From NCBI RefSeq assembly GCF_009834535.1, contig NC_045696.1, forward strand, positions 64,420,001-64,484,000: 64,000 nucleotides of DNA, in the 5' to 3' direction. Both the position numbers and the translations under genes were made by a program. Each line of letters begins with the position of its first letter. The stretch's first letter is position 1. Positions 52,880 to 64,000 of this stretch are shown here, one piece after another. The notes beneath the pieces were generated by a model. That model did no database searches. It saw nothing but the letters and a program-made list of their open reading frames with translations, and had not been told where the DNA came from. The DNA comes from Camelus ferus (Eukaryota).

Positions 52880-54520
52880 AGTCCTGCCGCCAAAGGGAGT
52901 GGAGGTAGGGAAAGAATACGTCCGCACCTCTCACGTTTGCCTGAGTACAGATTGCCAAGTGGCATAGGCGCGCAGACCTCTTATTTATTTATTTTTCTTT
53001 CCACTGGGTGCGCTGTCCCTTTAAATGGGGGACGCTGGTGCTGGCTCCGTAACACCGGAGCCGGCAGCTTGTTGATTTCAGAGCTGGTGAATTTCACATT
53101 GTTTCCACTTCACTTTCCTCGCCCGGGGGAGGCTCGGGTTAGCGCTACCAGGGCTATCGCCGTTGCCAGCGAGGGCCAGGGGAGGGCAGGGACCTGCAGC
53201 ATCGGGACCGGCGTGGGGCCGCAGGAAGGGGTGTCGGGGCCACACACACGCACTCTCGCTGCAGTCCAGCTCCTCCTGAAGCCCGGACGCCCGGAGCGCA
53301 CCGAGCCGGGACCGCCCGCCTAGACGCCCGCCCGCCAGCCCGCCCACGGGCGGGGGTCACCGCCAGCGAGCCCGCGAGGGGAGGAGGCCCAGGGGGGCCG
53401 GGCGGGGGGGCGGGGGTGGGTGCTGCAGCCGCCGCGGAGCTGCTACTCGGCGCGTTTTGTATGAAGATGGCGGCTCCCACCGCCAGCAAGGCAGCCTCCC
53501 TGGGCTGCAACAACAAGCCTGCGTTCCCGGAGCTGGATTTCAGGTCGGGAGCTCGGGTGGAGGAATTGAACAAACTCATCCAAGAATTCACGAAGCACGA
53601 CCAGCGGGAATACGACGACCAGAGAGCACTGGAGATTCACACAGCCAAGGATTTCATCTTTTCCATGCTGGGTAAGGAGGAAAAGAGGGAGGTGTGTGCG
53701 TGTAATGGGAAGCGGAGTAAAGAACCCATTTCCCCTTCTCGCGCTCTCTTTTCTTCTTGGTTTTCTTCCCGGAGCCAGGTGCCGGGGGGTATAAACCATC
53801 TCTGTCCCGCCTCTTCCCTTCTTTCTCTGCCGCAACCTGAGCTGCCTTCCCTCCCCTCCTTACTATACTTTGCTCCGGGTCCCTTTGCCGCCCCCATTCG
53901 CTGGCTCTTTTGTTAATTTTCTCACCGGCCGGGGGCTGGTAGGCAGGTGAGGTGTCTTGTGGTGAAACGTCTCACTGCTGAGGGGAAACCCCTGGAAGCC
54001 GCGCGGTCCAGGTGAGAACCGGCGGCGCCTTTCAGTTCAGGGATTTGTCTCCAGAGGCACCGACCTGCCCCTTCCCAACGCCGAGTCTCGGGTGCTCTCC
54101 AGAGCTCGGGGCGCCGAGATAGCCTGGGGCTCTGGCTTGGCGCCCGAGCGACAAGTTGCTCTCCAGTCTTACGGCGCGGCGCTGTCACGCCGAGCCCCCG
54201 GTGGCCAAACTTGTTGGGTGTTCCCTAGTAACCCGCTGAAGGAGGCTGGGCGCCCAGAGTTCTGCAACTTTGGTTTGCAAACAGATTTCCCATTAAAGCG
54301 GTCGGAAGCATTTCCGGTGCTTCTCTGGGGTTCTTGCTGAGCTCGGAATTCCTAATTGCCTGCTCGAGAATGAACGCTCGGAGCTCCAACCCCAAGGAGC
54401 GCCAGCCCCCTCCTCTTTGTGTATTGTCTCTGTGCTGGCCTAGAGAGGTGTCTCGGGTTTCGAACCCCAGGGACGTCCGGGTGTAGAATAATGCCGCCAC
54501 TCCCATCCCCCAGCCCTGCA
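52880..54520. promoter_or_regulatory. CpG island promoter, 5' UTR and start of intron 1 of MB21D2
   Basis: Sharp rise in GC and CpG density against the CpG-depleted flanks; GC boxes (GGGCGG) at ~53348 and 53400-53415. The TSS cannot be determined from sequence. Confidence 0.9.
53461..53671 (+). CDS. MB21D2: MB21D2 (Mab-21 domain-containing 2 / C3orf59), first coding exon (70 codons + 1 nt); the rest of the gene lies beyond the window
   Basis: Translation MKMAAPTASKAASLGCNNKPAFPELDFRSGARVEELNKLIQEFTKHDQREYDDQRALEIHTAKDFIFSML(G) matches the MB21D2 N-terminus as I recall it. Similarity stops at a canonical donor G|GTAAGG (53672). The exon sits in a CpG island. Confidence 0.95.
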
Positions 54521-57500
54521 CCTACAGGTCCTTAAGAGATTGTTTAATGTTATGTGAAGGAAGATAATCGAGCCAGGCCTGGGAGACCGAGCCCCTCCCC
54601 AGGTATCCTGTCGGTAGGATTATTGCTACTGAGGTGTTGTGTGAGTGTCGGCTGCTGTGAACCCCCCAGGTAGCTTGCAGCTCCGACAGTGCAACTCTGG
54701 CTGCCGTGCAGTACGTGGCCTGGCCGTTCACATTCTGCAGGACCGGGGCTCCAATGTAGCGCTGCCCTAACCCGTGTCTCTGAGCGCTCTACAAATACAT
54801 TCTGAGGCAGTTTTCCAGGTAGTGGAAAATTTGATTGAAAAAAGGTCTTTGACCGCACGGGAAGACAGCTTTTGCCTTCCTCCCGCTGCCGACTTGAATT
54901 TCAGCCGGCTTTCTGCCGTTGCTGGTTCTCCCGCAGGGTACCTGACCTCTAGGGTTTCTTCCTCCTCACAGTCCCGGGGGCGGGGGCGGGGTGGGGGGGG
55001 TGTAATACTAATTGAACGTGTGGCCGCGGACAGTGGTAACGTTCTGGGAAGTTGGATGAAGCATGTTAAAACTTGGGGCTGGATTTTACCTTTTGCTCCA
55101 CACTTCCCTAGCGTAGCCTAGCTTGTGTATGGCGTTGTGAAGCTCTCCGTTTAGATATCCGGCCATTCAGCCTGTGTCAATACAAGTGTATTCAGATGAA
55201 TTAAACGTGGTGTCTGTGTGTCTGTGTTTAAACAGCTCCTTAACCTGATAGTGGGATGAGCTTCCAGATCTGGAAACTGGCACAGTGATTGTCAGATGGG
55301 TGGGGATACACAGAGAAGGCTCAGGGCAGTTATTTAAGTTGCTTAATCACAGCCTTTCTCTTTGACATAAATCATGGAAGTCTGCCATTGTGTTGGTACA
55401 GACCCCGCATCAATTCTGATGTCTCCTGCCCTAGGTGTTCGCTAGAAAAATGTACTGGGTACCACTGATCAGGATAGTCGTGAAACAGAAAATGGGAAGA
55501 TGAGGGGAGGGGTAAGTTTCCATGCCCAGCTCATTAGGAACTTCTCAGCTAACCCCACAGCTGATACACTGATTTCACAAAGGCTTTACCCAGATATGAA
55601 GGGTGAATTATTGCAGGGTGCTTAATTTATACATGTGTTTAATGTCATGAGTGGCATTGTGTTGACAGGTCAATGAAATTCCCTTTTGTTCCTTTTTATC
55701 CAGTTGACCTTGCAAGAGACGTCTTTCTTGCCCCCTAGGAATTTGATGTTTCCACCTGCAGGAGAGAAAATTCAGGAGAATGTCATTTAAGCCTCTTGCC
55801 CCTCTGGACACTAGAAAGCAGATGGCGAAATGAGCTTGCCTGTGTGTGGTGCTGCATTCATTTGTGAGTTCCTTGCTGTCCTCTAATGAGGTGCCGGCCG
55901 CTCTAGACAAGTGAAGGTTTGGCGACAGTGAGGGTCCCTGTGTGGGTTTACTTTTTCTAAAGCGGATTTTCGCTGGGCTGAACAAAAAACAAAAAAACCC
56001 CAAAATCCCTTTCTGTGCACTTTGTTTCATTTGCCACAGTCTTTTATGAATATGCGAATAAGTTATCTTAATGACCCTCAGTTTGTGAAGGTGTTGCTGG
56101 GGTAGTGGCAGGCCCTTATTTCCAGGAGTTTTGGTGGGGGGTGGGGGTGCGGGGTGTGAGTCCTCATGGCTTTGTTCTGCCTCTTTCTGAGCGGTACCTG
56201 AGGATTGTCAGCGACTTTGAAACGTATCCCCTCACACAGAACCAAATGGGAGAGGAATTTGGTGCAGACCTCTTTGATGGAGCTGTGGGTAACACTACCT
56301 CTGTTTTTAGGCAGTTGGCAGGGGCAGCCCCTGTCTGTATAAGACTGTTAGCCTGGACTGAAGACCCCCAGCTTCCCAGATCCTTTTTGTTTTCTCTCGA
56401 TTGGAGGCAACTTTCCACAGAAGAGCCAAGTGGTGATAGACTGTTGTCATAATCAGTGACCCATCAGCACCAGGCAACTCCACTGTCTTATCACAGCAGG
56501 GATCTGCATAGTTGGTGGAGTTGATCTGAGCCTGTTGGTGGTCACCCAGCTCTCCGTGGTCTGTCCTGACATTCTCTGCTTGTCCCGAGATTCTGAGTCC
56601 TTTGGAGGCAGATGTTTGCGGGAGTCATCTAGACTCACTCCTTTCTCTCTATACCCTGGTCTTTTAAGAGAATGATTGCTGTTATTATCTAGTTAATATT
56701 TGAGAGCCCAGATTGTGGGAGAGGCTGGCAGTGCATAATAAACACCATTTATCAAAATTCAGGGAAATTGCCAGAGTTCATTAATGTTTTAATAATATTT
56801 GGTATTTGCATAATGTCTCTGCCAGCTCTTTTGTTATCTTCATTCCCTGGCGAGGTCGGATGAAGACTGGTTGTATCCCCATTGAACAGATGCAGAACAG
56901 GGGTTATGCAGAAGCTAGAAAAGCCAGGAAGAAACAAGCCATCGCTTCCCCTCCAATCCAAACAGTTGATACCATGGTGTGGTCATTAGGGAAGTTGTCA
57001 CTTACTGATTGCCTTCTTGGTGCCAGGAGCGTCACACAGCCTTAGGAGTAGGTATTGCTTTCCCATCACCCAAGTGAGGATATTGAAGTTTATTGGGGTT
57101 AAGAATCATCCAGAGTCCCACGGCCAATAAACAGAAGCAATGCTGCTAAAACTCACGTTGGCTCGATTCTGAGTCATGTTCCTCTTCTCTTAGTTGAGAC
57201 TATTAAGAGTTGATGCATTAAACCTAGAGGAGGGGCTTTGTTTCAAAAAAAATAAAATAAAATACCGCCTCTTCTTTTTAGGATCTTGTTGCTGATTTCA
57301 ACTGTAAGTATTAGGGTAATCCAAGTAGCATCCAAGGTGAGTTCTGGAACACTCTGAGTTCGAGTAGTTTATTCCAGAATAAAAGCATTTGTTTGAACTT
57401 CAGGTTGAGAAAATAATGGTCATTATAATAAAATGTTAAAATCTGTGGTTCCTGTCTCAGTCTGCCTCTTGCTGGCTAGGTGGTCTTAGTTTTTTCATCT

Positions 57501-60201
57501 CTTAAACACAGATAATGGTATTCATATCTATTAAATGTGGACAGTAGTAATGCATTGTTTCAGAATTGTTATGTGTGAATGTTGTTGCTTTGTAAGCTGA
57601 AAAGGAACGTATACCTGATTTTATTATTTATTTAAAAGAAATGGGCATGATTAGAAAATCTAGTGACCTTAACCCTGGAATTGTTTCTGCAGCCTGCTGT
57701 CAGACTACAGAGTATGATTAGAGGTGACCCAGGAGAATACATGCTCTGGCTGTAGAGGGCGTGATTCATTCCAGCCCAGGTTGCCATTTGTTAAGCTCAT
57801 ACTGGTTGCTGGCCATTGTGCTAGCTACTTTGCATAAATCTGTTAGTTCATGTAATTTTCTTCCAAAAACCTTTGTAAGGATAAATATCATCAAGCCTAT
57901 TGTGGAGGTGAAGGAGGTGGTATTATCCCCTTTTAAAGGTGAAACAGTGCAGCTCAGAGAGGTCAAGTACTTATGCAAAAGTCACACAGAGTTTGAGTTT
58001 GAACCCAGGTATGTCTGACCCCAAAGCTCATGTTCCTTCCACTGCAGGAGCAATCATCTTCCATCGCTTTTGGGTCAGGCCACCAAAAACGCCCCAGTCC
58101 CTGGCGAGTGCTGTCCTCGGCAGCCTGCTAGGCCTGCAGGAGCAAGGAAGTTCTCTTTTTGCCTGCCTATCTGTCTCTGTCTGTCTTTCTCTCTTACTTT
58201 CATGCATTCAACAAATATTTACTGAATGTTCTACTGTTTGCCAAGCAGTGTGCAGGGTGCTAAGGGTAAAATAGTGAGGAAAAACTTGAATTCATACGGG
58301 CCTTTGGAGATCCCGTCAACTCCAGGAGCATAGTTTGCTGGCTCTCGGCTCCTCTCAGGGCTCTGGTGAGGTGCTCCTGAGGGCTGCTGGACCTGCCATA
58401 TCTTTAGGCATTTTCTGTATCTTCAGAATAGGCCATCTTGAAACCCTGTCTTCCCAGTGTTTGAATGTCACTTTTCCGTAACAAGTTCATCTAGCCATCT
58501 TTATTGAGGGACTGTGTTGTGGATCGTTGCTTTGTGGGCCTCCAAGTCTTGGTAAGTTCCTTAGCGTTCTAGTCACTAAGGTACTGTAGTATCTGCAGAT
58601 GACAAGGTTGTCTTTGAAGTCTGTTCCAACTCTGAAAACATTATGTATCGAGGGCCGGGAAGTCCCTTTGAACATTTGTTTTTGCTTCTAGTTTGGGTTG
58701 GTTTCAGTTCTCCATCCGTGGTTCTGGGTGGTTGGTCGCTGCCTGCGTGACAGGAGACCCCTGGAGCAGTTGATGATCCCGGATCTTCCCAGGACGCCTT
58801 GTTGGGCCCCCCATCGGATAATGCATTTCTTGGGATTAGACTGGGCCCCTTTTTGTATTTATAGAAACAGTAGAGTCTCTCATGTCAAGCGAGGAACTTG
58901 TCACTGAGTGTTAGCTCTTTAGACTCTCCTGGAGCCTTTTAACAATTTGGGATCTCTGGTCCTGTTTCAGACCTATTGAATCCGAATCCCCAGAGATCCC
59001 CAAACTGGCTGCTCAGCACTCTGACATCCTGTCCCGTATTAGGCCTGATGTTGCATTCCCTGTCCAACAGAGCGGCTTGTACGCACAATGAGCTGATCCC
59101 AGTTGACTCTGGAGACGCGAACTAGGCTGCTCAGCCTAACAAGCAGATATGTCTGTGGGCTCCTGGAAGGTAATGCTGGAGTCCTTCCCTGTGGGACAGA
59201 GACAGGGAGGCAGAGTGATTGAGATGATTAGAATGTTTCCTCTGTGTCAGAGGGTGTAATAGGGTTTCACATCATTGGATCATTTAATTGACATCATAAC
59301 CTTTGGAGGTAAAGATGTATGGGGAACTCTAGGATTGGAAAAATTCAGAAATTTGTTCAAGTTTACCAGCAAGTAAATGGCTTAGTTGGGGCTTAACCAA
59401 TGTCAGGCTGATGCAAAACCCTTGCCTTTAAAAGTGACACTGTTCTGCACTCCGGAGGGGCAGGAGAACCAGATTCTAGCCCCAGCTCTTCCAGTTACTT
59501 GCTGTGTGGCTTTGGGCAAGTCACTTAACAGACTCTGAGTCTCATATTCAGAAGAGTATGGAGGTTGGCGCAAATAATCATACCTACCTTGTGTGTACAA
59601 GTGTATTCAGTTCTGAATCTGAGAGTACCGAAGGATTGAGTTCTAGTTCCAGCTCTGTTTTGTACTGTCTAGAATGTGTGTTACCCTGAATAAGTCACCT
59701 AACCTCTTTGGGCCCTTTTTGCCCATGTTCCAATTATAGAAAATACAAAGAGGTAAAATCACCTCCAAATTCTAATTACTGCTAATAGTTGACGTACTTT
59801 TTCCCCCTAGACATCTATGTTTATAAAACATGCTTTTACCCACTCATACTTACATGCGTATGTTTTATGTACATAATCCTATCGGATATGTGTATTTTTA
59901 GTAAATTTGTCAATACGCTGTCATCTACTACACATTTGAACAGAAGCTATAACCTGTGAAAAGGTGTTCTTTAGCTCCTTTCATTCATCTTTGATTCCAA
60001 AAGAAGATGCTTGTTCTGGAACTTAGAGCACATTCTGTGATTTGATGACTGCAGGATGGTGGACCTTCTTGTTGGTGACTTCTGAGGGTCTGACCAGCCT
60101 TTCAGTGCCTCCTCCTCTTCGTGTCTTTGCATGTTCTACATGGTCTCGTAACATTACCCGCATTTCTCCTTTACTTCTTTTTCTCAGGCTGTTTTCTCTA
60201 T

Positions 60202-60701
60202 TAGGATTTCTTAACCTATGGTCAATGGAAACATGGAAACTTGGAACTCTGTGGACTTGAATGGGGAAAAATTACATCTTTTATTTTTAACCTCTAACTG
60301 AAAAACTGAATTTCCTTCCATTATAAAAGTAGGTACCAAGCCATTAGCAGTACCTCTTGTTTTTTTGCTTTTGTTGCCAGTAGAAATCACAGATATTTCC
60401 ATTTCACGTTACAGTTGTTACAGATGCCTTGAAAAAAATCATTTATCACTGCTTTGAAATTATGGTGGATGTCAGATTTGCTGTTAGATTTTATTTAATG
60501 CATTAATAGAGAGTCACACCTGTTACTCATAGATTTATTTTTTAAATGTATTTTGTGTTTTAATGCCAATTTTCTTTGAAGTTCTGTGTAATGTTAACAT
60601 TTATTTAAATATACTTTTTTTTTTTTTTGCAGGGGTCCAAAGTTGGTTGCTTTTCTAACCTGTCAAGACATCTATGTCACAGAGGCAGTTAAGAGTCTCA
60701 G
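60202..60701. mobile_element. hAT-Charlie DNA transposon remnant (Charlie4a-like)
   Basis: Termini taggatttcttaacc / gttaagagtctcag; internal gaaaaattacatctttt, tagaaatcacagatattt, ttacagttgttacagat. Confidence 0.75.
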
Positions 60702-62339
60702 CTTCTGATGACAGCATTCTGACACCTTATCTCTGCTTTGTTTTCTTCTCCCAGCTCAAATGCCACTTGACTCATGAAGCTTTCCTTTGTCTCTCCAAGG
60801 AGAAAAAAATTTTCCTTTCCTCTGGGTTCTTCTAACACCTGGTCACCTTTTATAGCCCCCAGCACATTCTTCCCCATGCTATTGGCTAAGTAATCTCTGC
60901 TCCTTTATCTTGGCAGCACCCAGTGAGGTCGTGTAAACACTAGTTACTAACAGAATGTTAAGTGATTTTTCAAAAAGCCCTTCTGTGTGAAGCTGCCTTA
61001 TTTCAGGCTCTATTTAAGGCATGAGCTCTTTCTGACACTGTCTCTTTATGACTTCCCCCTCCCATTAAGCCAGTCTCTATGTCATCTTCTCTGGAGTCAA
61101 GAAAATCTTTTTTTGATCTCCTTATGTGGTAGGGGAGTTTTTTTCTAGATCCCAGAAATAACATCCTCAAAACTTATCACAGGGCGGTTTAAGGAATGTC
61201 CCAAGTAATTGCTGTAGCTTATTGACTGAGAGCAGCAAACAGTGACTTGTGGAAATGTCCCCTTTCTTGTAGACTCTGGCTTTTCTTCCCTGGGCATCCA
61301 GGGTACTTGAGAGCCTGCTGCACACCCACACTTGGGGCTTTAAAGGATGTGCAGAAAGCATTAAGTCATCTTGCCCACAAAGGTGTTCTGTGTACTTATC
61401 AGTCAGCGTACAAGTGTTCAGATGCCACCTTTGGAATTCAAATTGCAGCAGTTCTTTATGATCATAAACTACTGTTATTTGCCATCAATAATAATTCATC
61501 TTTGTACAGTGCTTTATAGACTACAGTACGTATTAGCATCTGGTATGGTGTGGTATAGTCTTTGGACCGGTCGTTGAGAACTGTTGTATAGGAACTGGTA
61601 CATTTACAGATGGGAGTACTGAGACTCTGGGAGGTGATATGACTTAGTTGAGGGTCATAGAGTAGGTTAGTAGGTTACAGAACAGGGCTCTGCCCAGATC
61701 TCCAGTGTCTTCTCCACACACTGCCTGCAAAGGGCTTGTGGCTTTTTCCCCCAGGCATCTTTCATGGTTACTGGCCTGAGTCCGTGTTCCCAGACCAGGC
61801 AAGGGGAGCAGCTTCCATGCCTCTCTGGGCTCTCCCACCCTCCCTGGTACAGGGTAGGTGAGGCTGGCTGAGGGTGCCGTGGCTAAGTACATACTCTGTG
61901 GGTACGCATTCTCCGTGTCTGATTGTTGGGCCTCGACCGTCTGCTTCTGAGGGTCTGAGACAGTGTTCACAATGGACTTGGGTGACTACTTGCCAGCTGA
62001 GTGATCTCTTTAAGGAGAGTTCATAATTATGCCATTATGTGAGGACCTGTCTCCAAGAAACAGCTATCTTGTTTTTCATCCACTTAAGTGCCTTTTCTTG
62101 AATCCCCTCTGCACAAGAGAAAGAGACAGATTACTAGGGACAGTGCTGCTATGAATAAAGCTGGCATGGGGAACTGTTGTTCAGTTTGTTTATTTGTTAT
62201 AGTTCTTTCCTCACCACAAGAAGACATGATTACTATTTGTGAGTTAAGTTAGTAGTGGGGGTTGGTGTAAGTCTTGTGTAGGTTTTTGTTTCTTCTAACG
62301 AGTATTTGAATATTTACAATGTATGTAGAATAGTGTTAA

Positions 62340-62725
62340 GCATTCATTCATTAATTCGTTCAACATATATCAGAGTGCCTATCATGAACTAGTATAATTA
62401 CTATGGTGTAATTACTGCATATCCTAAGTGCACAGAGTGGCAAATAAGAGAAGCAAGGTCACTACCTCCATAGGGCTTATGTTCTTTGGGGGATTCAACA
62501 AGATTTGAGCTCACGAATAAACAGGGATGTGTGCTTAGAAAAAAACCAAACAGATTATTATGACGGAGGGTAACTGGGTAGAATGAGGTACAGAGTGGTA
62601 GAGGCGGCCTCTCTCAAGTAGTGACATTTGAACTGGAAGAGTAAGAAGGACCCAGGCATCTGAAGACTGATGGAAGAGTATTCAGGTAGCTAGAACAACA
62701 TGTGCAAAGGCCCTGGGGTGGGTGC
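62340..62725 (-). mobile_element. L2 3' fragment
   Basis: cattcattcattaattcgttcaaca...gtgacatttgaactg...catgtgcaaaggccctgggg. Confidence 0.8.
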
Positions 62726-62809
62726 ATCTGAAAGCAGCTTTCAAGGCTGCTTAAATTATAGCAAGTTTTATTTGGCGTCTACAAGGAGGGATGGTCTATA
62801 TTCAGATTC

Positions 62810-63006
62810 TGCCCAAGGTGGACAGAATGGGCTGCCTGCCTTAGAATGTAGTGATTTTCCCACAGGTAGAGATTTTCCAAGTGGGGTTGCCCTATGCGTA
62901 GGCTCCTGTTGATAGAATTCAGGGACTAGGGGAGAGGAGGACAGTGTAGAAATGTTGGGTTACAGGTCCCCAGAAGGCCCTTTGTAGCATGTAATTCTCT
63001 GATTTC
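62810..63006 (+). mobile_element. L3/CR1 3' fragment
   Basis: aatgggctgcct...gtagtgattttccc...aaggccctttgtagcatgtaattctctgattt resembles the CR1 tail. Confidence 0.55.
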
Positions 63007-63954
63007 ACCTCTGATAGCCCTAAGCTAGTAACAGTGGATTCTGTATTAACTGATTTCTGGGTCACACTGCAGTTTTCATGGGATGATGATAGAGCCTTTA
63101 TTTTTTACCTGGACCTCCACAGTCTGCAAAATACTTTCATAGGCATAACCTAATTTTGACTTCTCACAGTAACCATATGAGGTAGGTCTTATTATTGCCT
63201 CTTTTTAACATGGGATGAAAGTGATCAAGAGACATTAAGTAGCTCTCTCAAGGTCTCTAAATGGTTGAGGTGGAGTCAAACTGAAGTCCTCTGAAGCTCA
63301 CTCCATATTCTTTGTGTGATGCTGATTCCAAAAACCTACCCCTCCTACCTCACCTCAGAGTATGGGGGAAGGAGGATTTCTGGTCCAGAGAGAGGCACTG
63401 AGGATCGGTTGGAAGAGCCAAGGCAATAGACTGCAGGTCTGCACATGCTTGTGGTTGGTGTGCAACTTGTAAGCACTTTTCTAGGTGGCTTCAAGATCAC
63501 CCTTTTAGCAGCTGCAGCTGTTCCTAATAGCAGCTGCTTGTGCGGATGGTGTTGTGATTAATAAAGAAAACGCAACAGTTTGTTCTCTCAGCTGTGCCCT
63601 TGGATGTGCGCAGCCTGCTTCCGTTCAGACTGTGTTTCTGATCTGGAACGACACAATCCGCTGGCGTATGGTGCCTGAGGGGCTTACAGCCCAGCTGTGA
63701 GAAGGGGTGGTCCCTCTCGATCCGAGCTGGGGAGCCCAGCGCCCACCAGGGACTGGGCAGTAAAGAAAATGAGCACAGTGGGCAGCGCAGTCAATGCCAG
63801 CTGGTTCCTGATGTCAGCGTCAGGGATGCCGGGGAGTTGGCAGGTGAAGGAGATCACCTCTTACCAACCTTGTTTCAGGGGGGCCCCTGTTCCTCAGCCC
63901 CGGCCAGTCATCCCTCCACTGCTGTGCTCTCTGCTACTGTGCTTCAGTCTCCTG

Positions 63955-64000
63955 GGTCTTAACACACTGAGACCACCCCCAGAGTTTCTGATCCAGTAGG
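63955..64000. mobile_element. MER5A-like fragment running off the window end
   Basis: cacccccagagtttctgatccagtagg. Confidence 0.6.

Larger units (their letters stand above)
53672..64000 (+). other. MB21D2: MB21D2 intron 1 (partial)
   Basis: Begins GTAAGG. No downstream ORF resembles the expected exon 2 continuation, and the region is filled with MIR, L2 and hAT remnants. Confidence 0.85.

Noticed and set aside
53016..53030. CArG-like or TATA-like ccctttaaatgggg
   Set aside because: It has seven rather than six A/T bases between CC and GG, and the TSS is unknown, so it cannot be supported.
53672..53916. Continuation of the 166-aa ORF past the exon (KEEKREVCAC...)
   Set aside because: Read-through into intron 1 beyond a canonical GT donor; low-complexity and not MB21D2-like.
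52787..54340. Several long overlapping ORFs on both strands (178, 145, 130 aa and others)
   Set aside because: Expected from stop-codon scarcity in a CpG island; mostly non-ATG starts and no recognisable protein.

Overview
Mammalian genomic DNA, most likely camelid (camel, alpaca or llama), judged from four vic-1-type tRNA-derived SINEs and camelid/cetartiodactyl-type L1 3' ends. The only protein-coding feature I can support is the first coding exon of MB21D2 (C3orf59, Mab-21/cGAS-like nucleotidyltransferase fold) on the + strand at 53461-53671. It lies in a CpG island and is followed by about 10 kb of intron 1. The preceding ~53 kb is intergenic and dominated by ancient repeats (L2, MIR, L3/CR1, L1M, MaLR/ERVL/ERV1 LTRs, hAT and mariner MITEs), with a few younger insertions that keep their target-site duplications. 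Repeat family names come from remembered consensus sequences, and their boundaries are approximate. I found no convincing novel multi-gene system. The best leads are: a decayed SNORD112-like C/D-box module at the 3' end of an old L1; a 340-bp local duplication that crosses an LTR boundary; the MB21D2 start region (weak first AUG, YY1 site, G-quadruplex, IRF-like motif); a MER41-like solo LTR; and two motif-dense candidate enhancers.
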